From: Alphaproteobacteria bacterium
GTDB lineage: Bacteria; Pseudomonadota; Alphaproteobacteria; UBA7887
DNA length: 64,000 bases
Assembly: GCA_965214495.1 (NCBI GenBank)
Contig: OZ243958.1
Coordinates: forward strand, 22,372 to 86,371
Direction: 5' to 3'
Each line of letters starts with the position of its first letter. Positions within the stretch are counted from its first letter, which is position 1. Position numbers and translations under genes: made by a program. This document shows positions 10,271 to 19,306 of this stretch, piece by piece. Under the pieces are notes generated by a model. That model saw only the letters and a list, made by a program, of their open reading frames with translations, was not told the origin of the DNA and searched no databases.

Positions 10271-10271
10271 G

Positions 10272-11030
10272 TCAGGCGTGCCGATGCAGTTCGGGGCCGA
10301 TGACGTGGGTGCGCACGTCGGCGTCGGCGAGCACGCCGGCGGTGGGGCCGTCGGCGATGACGCGGCCGTCATAGAACGCGACGACGCGCTCGGCGTAACG
10401 CTCCACCACTTCCATGTCGTGCTCGACGAAGAGCACCGTGACCGACTCGGCCGCGAGCGCACCGGCGAGGGTGTCCATAACCGTGCCTTTCTCGTCCGTG
10501 CTGATGCCGCTCGTCGGTTCGTCGAGCAGCAGCAGAGTAGTCCGGCCGGCCAGCGCCATGGCGATGTCGAGCAGTTTGCGCACGCCTTGCGGGAGCTTGC
10601 CGGCGATCTGGTGCGCGTAAGCGTCGATGCCGAAGCGGGCGAGCGCCGAATGGACCTCTTCCGTGATCCCGGCGTCGCGTAGCGGACGCCACACGGTTGC
10701 CTGTTCCCGCGCGGCGATGCCGATCGCCACCATCATGTTGTCGAACACGGTGAGCTCGGCAAAAAGTTGCGGAATCTGAAACGACCGGTGGATGCCCAGC
10801 CGGCTGATCCGGCGCGGGGCGTAGCCGGTGATGAGGCGCCCTTCGTAGCGGATCGCTCCCCTGTCCGGCTTGAGATAGCCGGTGACCATGTTGACGAAAG
10901 TGGTCTTGCCGGCGCCGTTGGCGCCGATGATGCCGACTCGCTCGCCGGTTTCGACCCGCACGTCCACCGCCGCTGCGGCCACGACGGCGCCGAACCGCTT
11001 GTCGAGGCCGCTCGCTTCGAGCACCGTCAT
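10272..11030 (-). CDS. ABC transporter ATP-binding protein (LivG-like)
   Basis: GANGAGKTT, RSFQIPQLF, LLLDEPTSG, VEHDM. Confidence 0.9.
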   Translation of the reverse strand: MTVLEASGLDKRFGAVVAAAAVDVRVETGERVGIIGANGAGKTTFVNMVTGYLKPDRGAIRYEGRLITGYAPRRISRLGIHRSFQIPQLFAELTVFDNMMVAIGIAAREQATVWRPLRDAGITEEVHSALARFGIDAYAHQIAGKLPQGVRKLLDIAMALAGRTTLLLLDEPTSGISTDEKGTVMDTLAGALAAESVTVLFVEHDMEVVERYAERVVAFYDGRVIADGPTAGVLADADVRTHVIGPELHRHA

Positions 11031-11031
11031 G

Positions 11032-11976
11032 TCAGCCGCGCCGCCGCGCCGCGCGGAATGCCGACCACAGACCGCCTGGCAGGAACAGGATCACGAGCAG
11101 CAGCGTGCTACCGAGCAGAATCTGCCAGAAATCCGGGGCGTATTGCAGCGCGTAGCTGCGCACCAGCTCGAAGATCAACGATCCAACGAACGGCGCCGCG
11201 ACATTCCCGGTGCCCGACAGGATCGCGACGAACACGAACTCGCCCGACTTGGTCCAGTAGGCGAAGTCTTCGGGCGTGACATGGCCGATGAGCAGCGCCG
11301 TCAACACGCCGCCGAGCCCCGACGACGCGGCGGCAAGCACGTATTTCAGATGGATCGCGCGGCGAACCGAGGTCCCGAGATAGGAGACGCGCACCTCGTT
11401 CTCGCGGATCGCCTCGCCGATATAGCCCATTGTGGAATTGAGATAGCGGTGGGCGGCGAACGCGACGGCGAAAGCCAGCGCCGCCACGAGCGCGAAAAGG
11501 AAGACGGTCAGACGGGCGTTATCCGCCGGCGCGAAGAAGAGGAAGGTCGGCGCCGGCACGCTGAACCCGTCGGTGCTGCCCAGTGTCGCACTGTTGGTCA
11601 GCACCCCGAACAGGATCATGGAGAAGGCGAGACTCAACATGGCGAAGAAAATGCCGCGATAGCGCGCGAGGAGAAAACCGAGCACGAACGCAACTCCCCC
11701 CGACACCGCGACGCCGGCGGCGAGCATGACGAACACGTCCGTCACGCCGGCGAAATGGCCGAGCATCGCCGCCGCATAGGCGCCGAGACCGTAGTACAGC
11801 GCCTGGCCGAAGGAGACGAGGCCGGCGCGGATCTGGATCATCAGTCCCAGAACCACGAGCCCGTTGGCGAGCGCCAGCGCCAGCATGTTCGCCGCCCAGC
11901 CGGGCAGCCACCACCACGCCGACAGGATGGCGAGCACTGCCGCGACCAGACCGGGAGTCGTGTAGTCGCGGTGCAT
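11032..11976 (-). CDS. ABC transporter permease (LivM-like)
   Basis: GLVSFGQALYYGLGAYA, FFAMLSLAFS, AIRENE; hydrophobic. Confidence 0.88.
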   Translation of the reverse strand: MHRDYTTPGLVAAVLAILSAWWWLPGWAANMLALALANGLVVLGLMIQIRAGLVSFGQALYYGLGAYAAAMLGHFAGVTDVFVMLAAGVAVSGGVAFVLGFLLARYRGIFFAMLSLAFSMILFGVLTNSATLGSTDGFSVPAPTFLFFAPADNARLTVFLFALVAALAFAVAFAAHRYLNSTMGYIGEAIRENEVRVSYLGTSVRRAIHLKYVLAAASSGLGGVLTALLIGHVTPEDFAYWTKSGEFVFVAILSGTGNVAAPFVGSLIFELVRSYALQYAPDFWQILLGSTLLLVILFLPGGLWSAFRAARRRG

Positions 11977-11981
11977 CGGCG

Positions 11982-12878
11982 TCAGATCTTGCGCGCCTCG
12001 GCGCGTCCGAACAGACCCTGCGGGCGCGCGATCAGGACCAGTGCCATCACGCCGTACACCACGAACAGTTCGAGTTCCGGCATGGCGTTGACCGCAAGGG
12101 TGCGGCCGATGCCGACGAGCAGGGCGCCGATCGCCGCCCCCTCGATGCTGCCCAGGCCGCCGATCACGACCACCGCGAACGCAAGCACGATGACCTCCAC
12201 ACCGATGCCGGGAACGACCGAGATCATCGGCGCTGTGAAAGCGCCGCCCACCGCGCCGAGCACTGCGCCGATCGTGAAAGTGACGACGAACATCCGCTGC
12301 ACGTCGATGCCGAGTGCGAGACTGATCTCCCGATCGTGGATCACCGCCTGGAGCAGCTTGCCGGTTCGCGTGCGGTTGAGGCCGAACCACACCAGTGCGC
12401 CGACGACAACGGACAGCGCCACAAGGCCGAAATCGTAAACCGGGAACGGAATGCCGCCGACCTCGACGAAACCCGGTGCGACGTAGGGCTGATAGGGCAG
12501 GTAGGACTCGACGCCGAAGACCAGCTTGATCGCGTCCTCCAGAATCAGGAACAGCGCGAACGTGGCGAGCACGATGACGATCTCGTCCCGTTCATACAGC
12601 CAGCGCAGCACGCCGCGCTCGATCAGCGGCCCAAAGGAAAGGCCCACCGCCAGCGCGGCGGCCGGCAACAGGAGGTAGGCAACGGCGATCTGGCCGCCGG
12701 TGGCGGCGTACTCGCCGACCGCCCAGGCGGCGGTATAGGCGCCGAGCGCATAGAGGCTGCCGTGCGCGACGTTGAGGATGTTCATCACGCCGTAGATGAG
12801 CGTCAGCCCGACGGCGACGAGAAACAGCCACGAGGCGTAGGTGACGCCGTTGACGAGGATCAGGGTCGGATCGAGCAT
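11982..12878 (-). CDS. ABC transporter permease (LivH-like)
   Basis: AVGLTLIYGVMNILNVAHGSLY, FAVVVIGGLGS, RPQGLFG. Confidence 0.9.
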   Translation of the reverse strand: MLDPTLILVNGVTYASWLFLVAVGLTLIYGVMNILNVAHGSLYALGAYTAAWAVGEYAATGGQIAVAYLLLPAAALAVGLSFGPLIERGVLRWLYERDEIVIVLATFALFLILEDAIKLVFGVESYLPYQPYVAPGFVEVGGIPFPVYDFGLVALSVVVGALVWFGLNRTRTGKLLQAVIHDREISLALGIDVQRMFVVTFTIGAVLGAVGGAFTAPMISVVPGIGVEVIVLAFAVVVIGGLGSIEGAAIGALLVGIGRTLAVNAMPELELFVVYGVMALVLIARPQGLFGRAEARKI

Positions 12879-13051
12879 CGGCCGGCGCGGCGGGGTTTGT
12901 ACGGGGAGAAAGACGATGACGGGGCAGTGTAGGCAGTGCGCACCATAGCTTCCCGGCGCGCCGGGCGGAAGCGGCGCGACAGCCGCCCACGGAGCATGTA
13001 TATGACGCCGGTTCGGCCGCCGCCGCGGCCCGTGTCCGGTCAGGAGACCGC

Positions 13052-14413
13052 ATGGCCGTCACGACAGAGCGCGCCGCGCCGATCGCCGACAAGGCGGAGT
13101 TGGTCGCCTGGCTCGAATCGGGATGCAAGCCCGAGGCGGCCTGGCGCATCGGTACCGAACACGAGAAGATCGGCTACCATCGCGAAGATCTGACCCCGCT
13201 AGCCTATCGCGGCGCGCGCGGCATCCGTGCCGTCTTCGAGCGCCTTATGGGGCATGGCTGGCGCCCGGTATATGAAGGCGGCGACGTGATCGCGCTCACG
13301 TCCGGGCGCCAGTCGATCACGCTCGAACCGGGTGGACAGTTGGAGCTGTCGGGCGCGCCGCTCGAAACGGTGCATCAGACCTGCGACGAGGTGAACGGCC
13401 ATCTCGCCCAGCTGCGGCCGGTGGGCGAGGAACTCGGAATCGGATTCCTCGGGATCGGAATGCAGCCGAAATGGCGGCGCGAAGACATCCCGGTCATGCC
13501 GAAACGCCGCTACGACATCATGCGCGCCTACATGCCCCGAAAGGGCGCGCTCGGCCTCGACATGATGCTGCGGACCTGCACCGTGCAGACCAATCTCGAT
13601 TTCGAGTCCGAAGCCGACATGGTGCGCAAGTTCCGCGTGTCGCTCGCCTTGCAGCCGGTCGCCACCGCCCTGTTCGCCAACTCGCCGTTCACCGACGGCA
13701 AACCCAACGGTTTCCTGAGTTACCGCACCCATGTGTGGTCGGACACCGACCCCGACCGCTGCGGCGTGCCCGCTTTCGTGTTCGAGGACGGCATGGGGTT
13801 CGAGGCGTATGCGGACTACGCGCTCGACGTGCCGATGTATTTCGTCCACCGCGACGGCCGCTACGTCGATGTGGCAGGGCGGTCGTTCCGCGACTTCCTC
13901 GCCGGCAAGCTCCCCGAACTGCCGGGAGACCGACCCACCGGGGCCGACTGGGAACACCATCTGACTACCATCTTTACGGAAGTACGCCTGAAGCGTTACC
14001 TGGAGATGCGCGGCGCCGACGGCGGTCCATGGCACATGTTGTGCGCCTTGCCGGCGCTCTGGGTGGGTTTGCTATACGACCGGGACGCTCTGGCCGAAGC
14101 GGAGGCGCTGGTCGCCGGTTGGACCCACGCGGACGTGGCGCGATTGCGCGCGGCGACGGCGCGGCGCGGTCTGGAGGCGACTCACGCCGGGCGCCCGGTG
14201 CGCGACATCGCCCGCGACGTTCTCGCGATCGCCCGCCGCGGTCTGCGGCGCCGCGCGCGTCTCGACCGCGGCGGCGCCGACGAGACCGGCTTTCTGACCC
14301 TGCTGGACGGGATCGTCGAAAGCGGCCGCTGTCCCGCTCGTGCCCTTCTGGACGCCTGGCATGGCGAGTGGGGCGAGTGCATCGACCCCGTATTCGAGGC
14401 CTGCGCTTACTGA
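13052..14413 (+). CDS. gshA: Glutamate--cysteine ligase (alphaproteobacterial/plant type)
   Basis: RIGTEHEK, LEPGGQLELSG, MPKRRY, TCTVQTNLD, FANSPF, YLEMRGADGG. Confidence 0.95.
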   Translation: MAVTTERAAPIADKAELVAWLESGCKPEAAWRIGTEHEKIGYHREDLTPLAYRGARGIRAVFERLMGHGWRPVYEGGDVIALTSGRQSITLEPGGQLELSGAPLETVHQTCDEVNGHLAQLRPVGEELGIGFLGIGMQPKWRREDIPVMPKRRYDIMRAYMPRKGALGLDMMLRTCTVQTNLDFESEADMVRKFRVSLALQPVATALFANSPFTDGKPNGFLSYRTHVWSDTDPDRCGVPAFVFEDGMGFEAYADYALDVPMYFVHRDGRYVDVAGRSFRDFLAGKLPELPGDRPTGADWEHHLTTIFTEVRLKRYLEMRGADGGPWHMLCALPALWVGLLYDRDALAEAEALVAGWTHADVARLRAATARRGLEATHAGRPVRDIARDVLAIARRGLRRRARLDRGGADETGFLTLLDGIVESGRCPARALLDAWHGEWGECIDPVFEACAY

Positions 14414-14500
14414 GGCGGCGGTTCTTCCCGATAACCGGCAGTATCCCCGTTTGCCCTTCTTCTCCTCACACCGGGAACAAGTCCGGGCGCGACCGTTGGA

Positions 14501-15160
14501 GTGGCCGACCCGGAGGGCTGCACGCCTGAACCGGGGTCGCACGAGCTTCACAAACCGGGATGCCACTACCCGTTCGTCCTCGTTGACCAGGAGACGGGAC
14601 CGGGCTACGGTCCGCTGAATGGAGTGTTTTCATTCGCGGCGAGAGCGATGACCGATCTGACGGGTGCCGATTACAATGTCGAAAGGCAGAAAGACGGGCC
14701 ATTTTCATTCTGGTTTTCCAGGGTGAAAGTCAACCCGGGTTCGACCCTGACTCGCGAGAGCATTCTGTTCAACGATCCGGCATGTCCGGTCGGTATCCAG
14801 TCCAACAGAACAAAAATAGTCTATAGGAATGGCGAGTTGCGATTCGCCGCCCGGATATCGGTGAGAACAAACAGAGCGGTTGCGGCGATACAAACGAAGC
14901 TTCGGCTTTTCGACGTGTTCGGGCAGCGGATGCAGGACCTTGTGACAACCGAGTCCAGAGATTTCCATCCCGGCCATTTCACGATACTCGGAGAATGGCG
15001 CTTGTGTGAAGGCAACGCAGAACAAATTCTGACGACCGCCGCATGTGTGACCAGGGTACGTTTGGACGATGGCCGCCAATGGGTATTCAACAAAGATAAT
15101 TTCGAACTTGCCCTGAACGTTTTGGACTTGGAGCGGGAGATGGAGGACGACAAAACATGA
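14501..15160 (+). CDS. Hypothetical protein (lower-GC islet)
   Basis: 219-aa ORF with protein-like composition in an AT-richer segment; start uncertain. Confidence 0.6.
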   Translation: MADPEGCTPEPGSHELHKPGCHYPFVLVDQETGPGYGPLNGVFSFAARAMTDLTGADYNVERQKDGPFSFWFSRVKVNPGSTLTRESILFNDPACPVGIQSNRTKIVYRNGELRFAARISVRTNRAVAAIQTKLRLFDVFGQRMQDLVTTESRDFHPGHFTILGEWRLCEGNAEQILTTAACVTRVRLDDGRQWVFNKDNFELALNVLDLEREMEDDKT

Positions 15161-15308
15161 TGTGCTTCCGTTCAGTTCAATTCGCCGATCATATGTATGA
15201 CGAACCCGCTGACCCCCGGGGTGCCCCGGCGTGTCGGCCGTATGCCGACACGCCAAAAGGGGCGGGCGGGCGGGCCGCGCGCGATCCCGCCAGACTCGCG
15301 AATTGCGA

Positions 15309-16030
15309 ATGGAATCTCCGATCGTACCGCGTCTTGGCCAATTGAAGCGGTTCTACGCTCTGTTGAGTTCGATCGAGGGACGGTTGAAGGGAACGCGCCG
15401 GCTGTCCGATTGCTCCGGTCGTATGCCGTGGCCCAAACGGGGCGTTTATTTCTTTTTCGAACCCGGTGAAGTCCGCACCGACAGCGGCGGCGGGCCGCGC
15501 GAGTGGTGCGGGTAGGTACACATGCCCTGAAGGCCGGCTCCGGCGCCACGCTCTGGGATCGTCTGTCGCAACACCGGGGACATGCGGGTAGCGGCGGTGG
15601 CAACCATCGCGGATCGATATTCAGGCTTATTGCAGGAACCGTACTGATGGGGAGGGACGGCCTCGATTGCCCGACCTGGGACAACGGTCTCGGGACCGCG
15701 CGGCCCGACGTTCGAGGCCGCGAGAAGCGTCTGGAGAGGGCCGTCAGCAAAGTGATCGGTGACATGCCGTTTCTATGGCTCGCCGTCGGGGACGACCCGG
15801 GTCCGGGCAGTCTGCGCGGATATATCGAGAGAAACGCGATCGCGCTCCTCAGTAACTACGGGAAACGAACCATCGACCCTCCCTCGCGTTTGTGGCTTGG
15901 CCGCCATTGCGACCGCGAGAAGGTGAGAGCTGCCGGGATGTGGAATTCCAACCATGTCGATGAGGGCTGCGATACGGCGTTCCTCGACACATTGGAGCGT
16001 TCGATTCAGCGAGTGGGGGAGACGAAATGA
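15309..16030 (+). pseudogene. GIY-YIG-like protein, frameshifted near 15500
   Basis: RGVYFFFEPGE (ORF 15231-15515) continues as VVRVGTHAL...TLWDRLSQHRG...NHRGSIFR...YIERNAIALL (ORF 15503-16030); shift inside ccgcgcgag. Confidence 0.65.
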
Positions 16031-16659
16031 AAGTTGTCATCCAATGCGCCGCGAGGAAGCGAAGCAATGCGGGTCGCCTTCGCACGCGCGACGGCCGGAG
16101 CGTCGTGTTCGTCGCCGACCCCGAGTCTGCGCCGCGCAGAGGCGGGCATCTTTATGCCCGCCCGGACGATATTTCCGACCGCGGGATTTCCTGGCGCGCC
16201 GTTCTTCAAGAATACAATGAAGCCCCAGGGGACAACCCACTCCGCTTGCTCTCTGCGTGGAGACTCTACAAGCCTCCGGTGTACGAAAAACTGACGAAGT
16301 ATTGCGGTATGGACAACTTCTATATCCTCTCGGCGGGATGGGGGTTATTGCGTGCGGAGTTCCTCACGCCGGATTACGACATAACGTTTAGCCAAGCGAG
16401 AAACGTGGAACGCTTCAAGCGCAGGCGTCATGGAGAAACATATAGAGATTTCTCGATGTTGCCGCCGAATACGGTGGAGCCTGTTACCTTCTTCGGTGGA
16501 AAGGACTATATTGGCCTTTTCTGCAGGTTGTCCGAGAGCGTCGGGGGACCACGGATCGTTTGGTATAATTCCGAAATAGCGCCGCGCGTGCCGAAGTGTG
16601 AGGTCAAGCGGTTTCATACGACAACCAGAACAAACTGGCAGTACGAATGCGTTCGTTGA
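16027..16659 (+). CDS. DUF6884/YaaA-like protein
   Basis: VVIQCAARK, AWRLY, FYILSAGWGLL, FFGGKDY; ATGA overlap with upstream gene. Confidence 0.65.
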   Translation: MKVVIQCAARKRSNAGRLRTRDGRSVVFVADPESAPRRGGHLYARPDDISDRGISWRAVLQEYNEAPGDNPLRLLSAWRLYKPPVYEKLTKYCGMDNFYILSAGWGLLRAEFLTPDYDITFSQARNVERFKRRRHGETYRDFSMLPPNTVEPVTFFGGKDYIGLFCRLSESVGGPRIVWYNSEIAPRVPKCEVKRFHTTTRTNWQYECVR

Positions 16660-16882
16660 AGGAAAGCTCCAGTTCGGGAGGGCATGACGCATGACGATGC
16701 CGGTGCCGCCAGGAAGGGGGCGCAGTGGAGTCGTTCGGTCATGATGCGGATCCGGCCTCGGCGAGCGTCTCCATCGGGTGCGATGGTTGGGCCAGGACGA
16801 GGAGAGCTTTCGCTCGCGCGCCGCAGACGGTCGCCATGATACGATGCCGAGGCGGACGCGCGGCCAGCCCGGAGCCATCCCC

Positions 16883-17056
16883 ATGCCGATCCCTCTGAAA
16901 TTGCTGTTGTCGGTGGTGGTGGCCGGTGGCGGCGCGGTCATGCTGTTTCTGGAGCGCGAGGCGGGTGCTCCGGCCGTGGGATGGGCGTCCGTCGCCCTCG
17001 CCGCGTTGATGATTTTCGGCGTCTGGCTGTTTCCCGACACCCGCCGCGGCGGGTGA
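16883..17056 (+). CDS. Small membrane protein with two predicted TM helices
   Basis: MPIPLKLLLSVVVAGGGAVMLFL...VGWASVALAALMIFGVWLFP; GGAG upstream. Confidence 0.6.
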   Translation: MPIPLKLLLSVVVAGGGAVMLFLEREAGAPAVGWASVALAALMIFGVWLFPDTRRGG

Positions 17057-17066
17057 CGCAACGCGG

Positions 17067-17771
17067 TCAGCCGCAGGCGGCGGCGAACGCGGCGAGGGTT
17101 TCGAAACGGGCGTTGTAGCGCGCGCCGGCCCCCGGCGGTTTCGTCGCGCCGCCCGCCTGCCCGCTGCGGCGATCGATCCAGACGCTCTTCAATCCTGCCG
17201 CCCGGGCGGGTTCGTGGTCGTGATAGAGGCTCTGCGCGACGTGCAGGACGCGCGCCGCAGCGATGCCGCGCCCGGCCAGCGCGTCCAGCATGTGGCGGAA
17301 AGGGCGCGGATCCGGCTTCCAGGCGCCGACGTCCTCGGCCGTGAAGACGTCGTCGAAGGCGACGCCCAGGCGGTCGGCGGATCGCGCGAAACTCGCCCGA
17401 TCGACGTTCGACAGGATGCACAGTCGGTATTTCCGTTTCAGCGCGGCGAGCGCCGGCGTGCTGTCGGGAAAGGCCGGCCAGTCGCCGACCGACGCCCCGA
17501 ACGCGGCGCATTCGGCCGCCGAAGCCGGCGCGCCAAACTCGCCCGAGATCGCTTCCAGCACCGCCGCCAGCACCTCGGGATAGAGCGCTCGCGGCCGCGC
17601 CTGCTGGATTGCGGTCTCGAAGCGACCGAAGGCGGCGAGCAGACTGTCGTCGTCGGCGTCCACGCCGGAACGCGACAGCCACGGGCGCAGGGCCGCCAGC
17701 AACCCGGTCTCCCAGTCGATCAGCGTGCCGTAGCAGTCGAACGACAGGACGTCGAAACCGTCGTAGCGCAT
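17067..17771 (-). CDS. HAD-superfamily hydrolase (type II haloacid dehalogenase-like)
   Basis: SFDCYGTLIDWE, ILSNVD, AWKPDP, HVAQSLYHD. Confidence 0.92.
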   Translation of the reverse strand: MRYDGFDVLSFDCYGTLIDWETGLLAALRPWLSRSGVDADDDSLLAAFGRFETAIQQARPRALYPEVLAAVLEAISGEFGAPASAAECAAFGASVGDWPAFPDSTPALAALKRKYRLCILSNVDRASFARSADRLGVAFDDVFTAEDVGAWKPDPRPFRHMLDALAGRGIAAARVLHVAQSLYHDHEPARAAGLKSVWIDRRSGQAGGATKPPGAGARYNARFETLAAFAAACG

Positions 17772-17776
17772 GGGTG

Positions 17777-19303
17777 TCACTCCCGGCGGGCGGCGGCGAA
17801 GTCGCGCAGTGCATCGAACAGCGCCGCGTCGTTGATCACCCGAGGCACCTTGTTCTGGCCGCCGAGTTTCCCGCGGCGGCGCATCCAGGCGGTGAACCCG
17901 CCGGGCGGCATCGCCGCGACGCGCGGCGCGTCCAGGCCGAAACCGCCGGCGCGGTGGGCGGCGTAGTCGTCATTGAGGCCCTGCAACGTCGAATCGAGGC
18001 GGTCGGCGAAGCGCGCCAGCCGGCCGGGGTCGATCCCGGCTTCGGCGAACTCGACGATGTAGAGATGGCCGCCGCGGGCGCCGGTGCGGTCGGAGAACAG
18101 GCTGCCCACGGCGAAATCGCTCACTGTCGTCGCGATCGTCCGCGCCGCGTCCGCGACCGCCCGTTCGAGTTCGATCCCGATCACATGTTCGCCGAACGCC
18201 GACAGCATGTAACCCGTGCGCCCGGTAACGAGAACGCGCGGCGGGTCGCGGTCGATCACCGTCACCGTGTCGCCGACGACGTAGCGCCACAACCCGGCGC
18301 AGGTCGTGACGACGAGGGCATAATCGACCCCGGGTTCGACGTCGCCGATCCAGTGGCAGACCGGGTCCGCCCGATCGAGTTCCTCGCGCGGAACGAACTC
18401 GTAGAAGATCCCGTTGTCGAGGAGAAGCCTCAGCCCGGCGCCGCCCGCCCGGTCGGCGACGGCAAAGAAGCCCTCGCTCGCCGGATACACCTCGCGCGTC
18501 TCGGCGTGGCAGCCTTCGAGCACGGCGGCGAAGCGGTCGCGGTAGGGCGGCCACGCCACTCCGCCATGCACCAGCAGTTCGAGATCGGGATAGACGTCGG
18601 CGACACGCGCGCCGGCGGTTTCCGTCAGCCGGTCGAAATAGAGCAGCAGCCAGCTCGGCGTTCCGGCGATGGCGCGGATGTCTTCGTCCAGCGAGCGCTC
18701 GGCAAAGCGGCCGATCTTGACCTCCCAGTCGGCGATCCTTTCGAGATCGCGGGGCGGGAAATGGCGCCACCGCGCCCAGGGTGGCATCGTCGCCGCGGCA
18801 ATACCGCTGAGATCGCCGCTGAAAACGCCGGGTGCCTTGCGGGCCAGGCCGGTCGAGCCGCCGAGCATGAAGATCCGCCCGGCGGATATCCGGCTTCGTG
18901 GCCGCGCGGCGAGGTGGTGGACCAGAACATCGACGGCGGCGCGGGTGTTGGCCCGGTTCGTCTCGCGGCTGACGGGAATGAACTTGCTGGCGCCCCGCGT
19001 GGTCCCCGATGATGCGGCGAAATAAGGGATGCGCCCGCGCCACGTGCAATCGATCAGGCGCGGGAACGGGTCGCGCCAGTAGTCGTCCCAGAATGCCTCG
19101 TAGTCGCGCAGCGGCACGCGGGCGCGATAGTCGTCGAGCCCGCGAATGCCGGCAAAGCCGTGGTGAAGGCCGAACCGGGTCCCTTGCGCGCGTCCGACCA
19201 GCGACAACAAGACGCCGCGCTGGGTTTCCTGCGGGTCGAGCCGCGCCAGACGGGCGAGACGCCGGCGTGCATGGATCCGGAGCAGCCAAGTGAAGTCGTA
19301 CAC
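17777..19303 (-). CDS. GH3-family acyl-acid amido synthetase
   Basis: FAASSGTTRGASKFIPVS, GDLSGI, EVYPASEGFFA, GLWRYVVGDTV, LGGQNKVPR. Confidence 0.92.
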   Translation of the reverse strand: MYDFTWLLRIHARRRLARLARLDPQETQRGVLLSLVGRAQGTRFGLHHGFAGIRGLDDYRARVPLRDYEAFWDDYWRDPFPRLIDCTWRGRIPYFAASSGTTRGASKFIPVSRETNRANTRAAVDVLVHHLAARPRSRISAGRIFMLGGSTGLARKAPGVFSGDLSGIAAATMPPWARWRHFPPRDLERIADWEVKIGRFAERSLDEDIRAIAGTPSWLLLYFDRLTETAGARVADVYPDLELLVHGGVAWPPYRDRFAAVLEGCHAETREVYPASEGFFAVADRAGGAGLRLLLDNGIFYEFVPREELDRADPVCHWIGDVEPGVDYALVVTTCAGLWRYVVGDTVTVIDRDPPRVLVTGRTGYMLSAFGEHVIGIELERAVADAARTIATTVSDFAVGSLFSDRTGARGGHLYIVEFAEAGIDPGRLARFADRLDSTLQGLNDDYAAHRAGGFGLDAPRVAAMPPGGFTAWMRRRGKLGGQNKVPRVINDAALFDALRDFAAARRE

Positions 19304-19306
19304 ACC

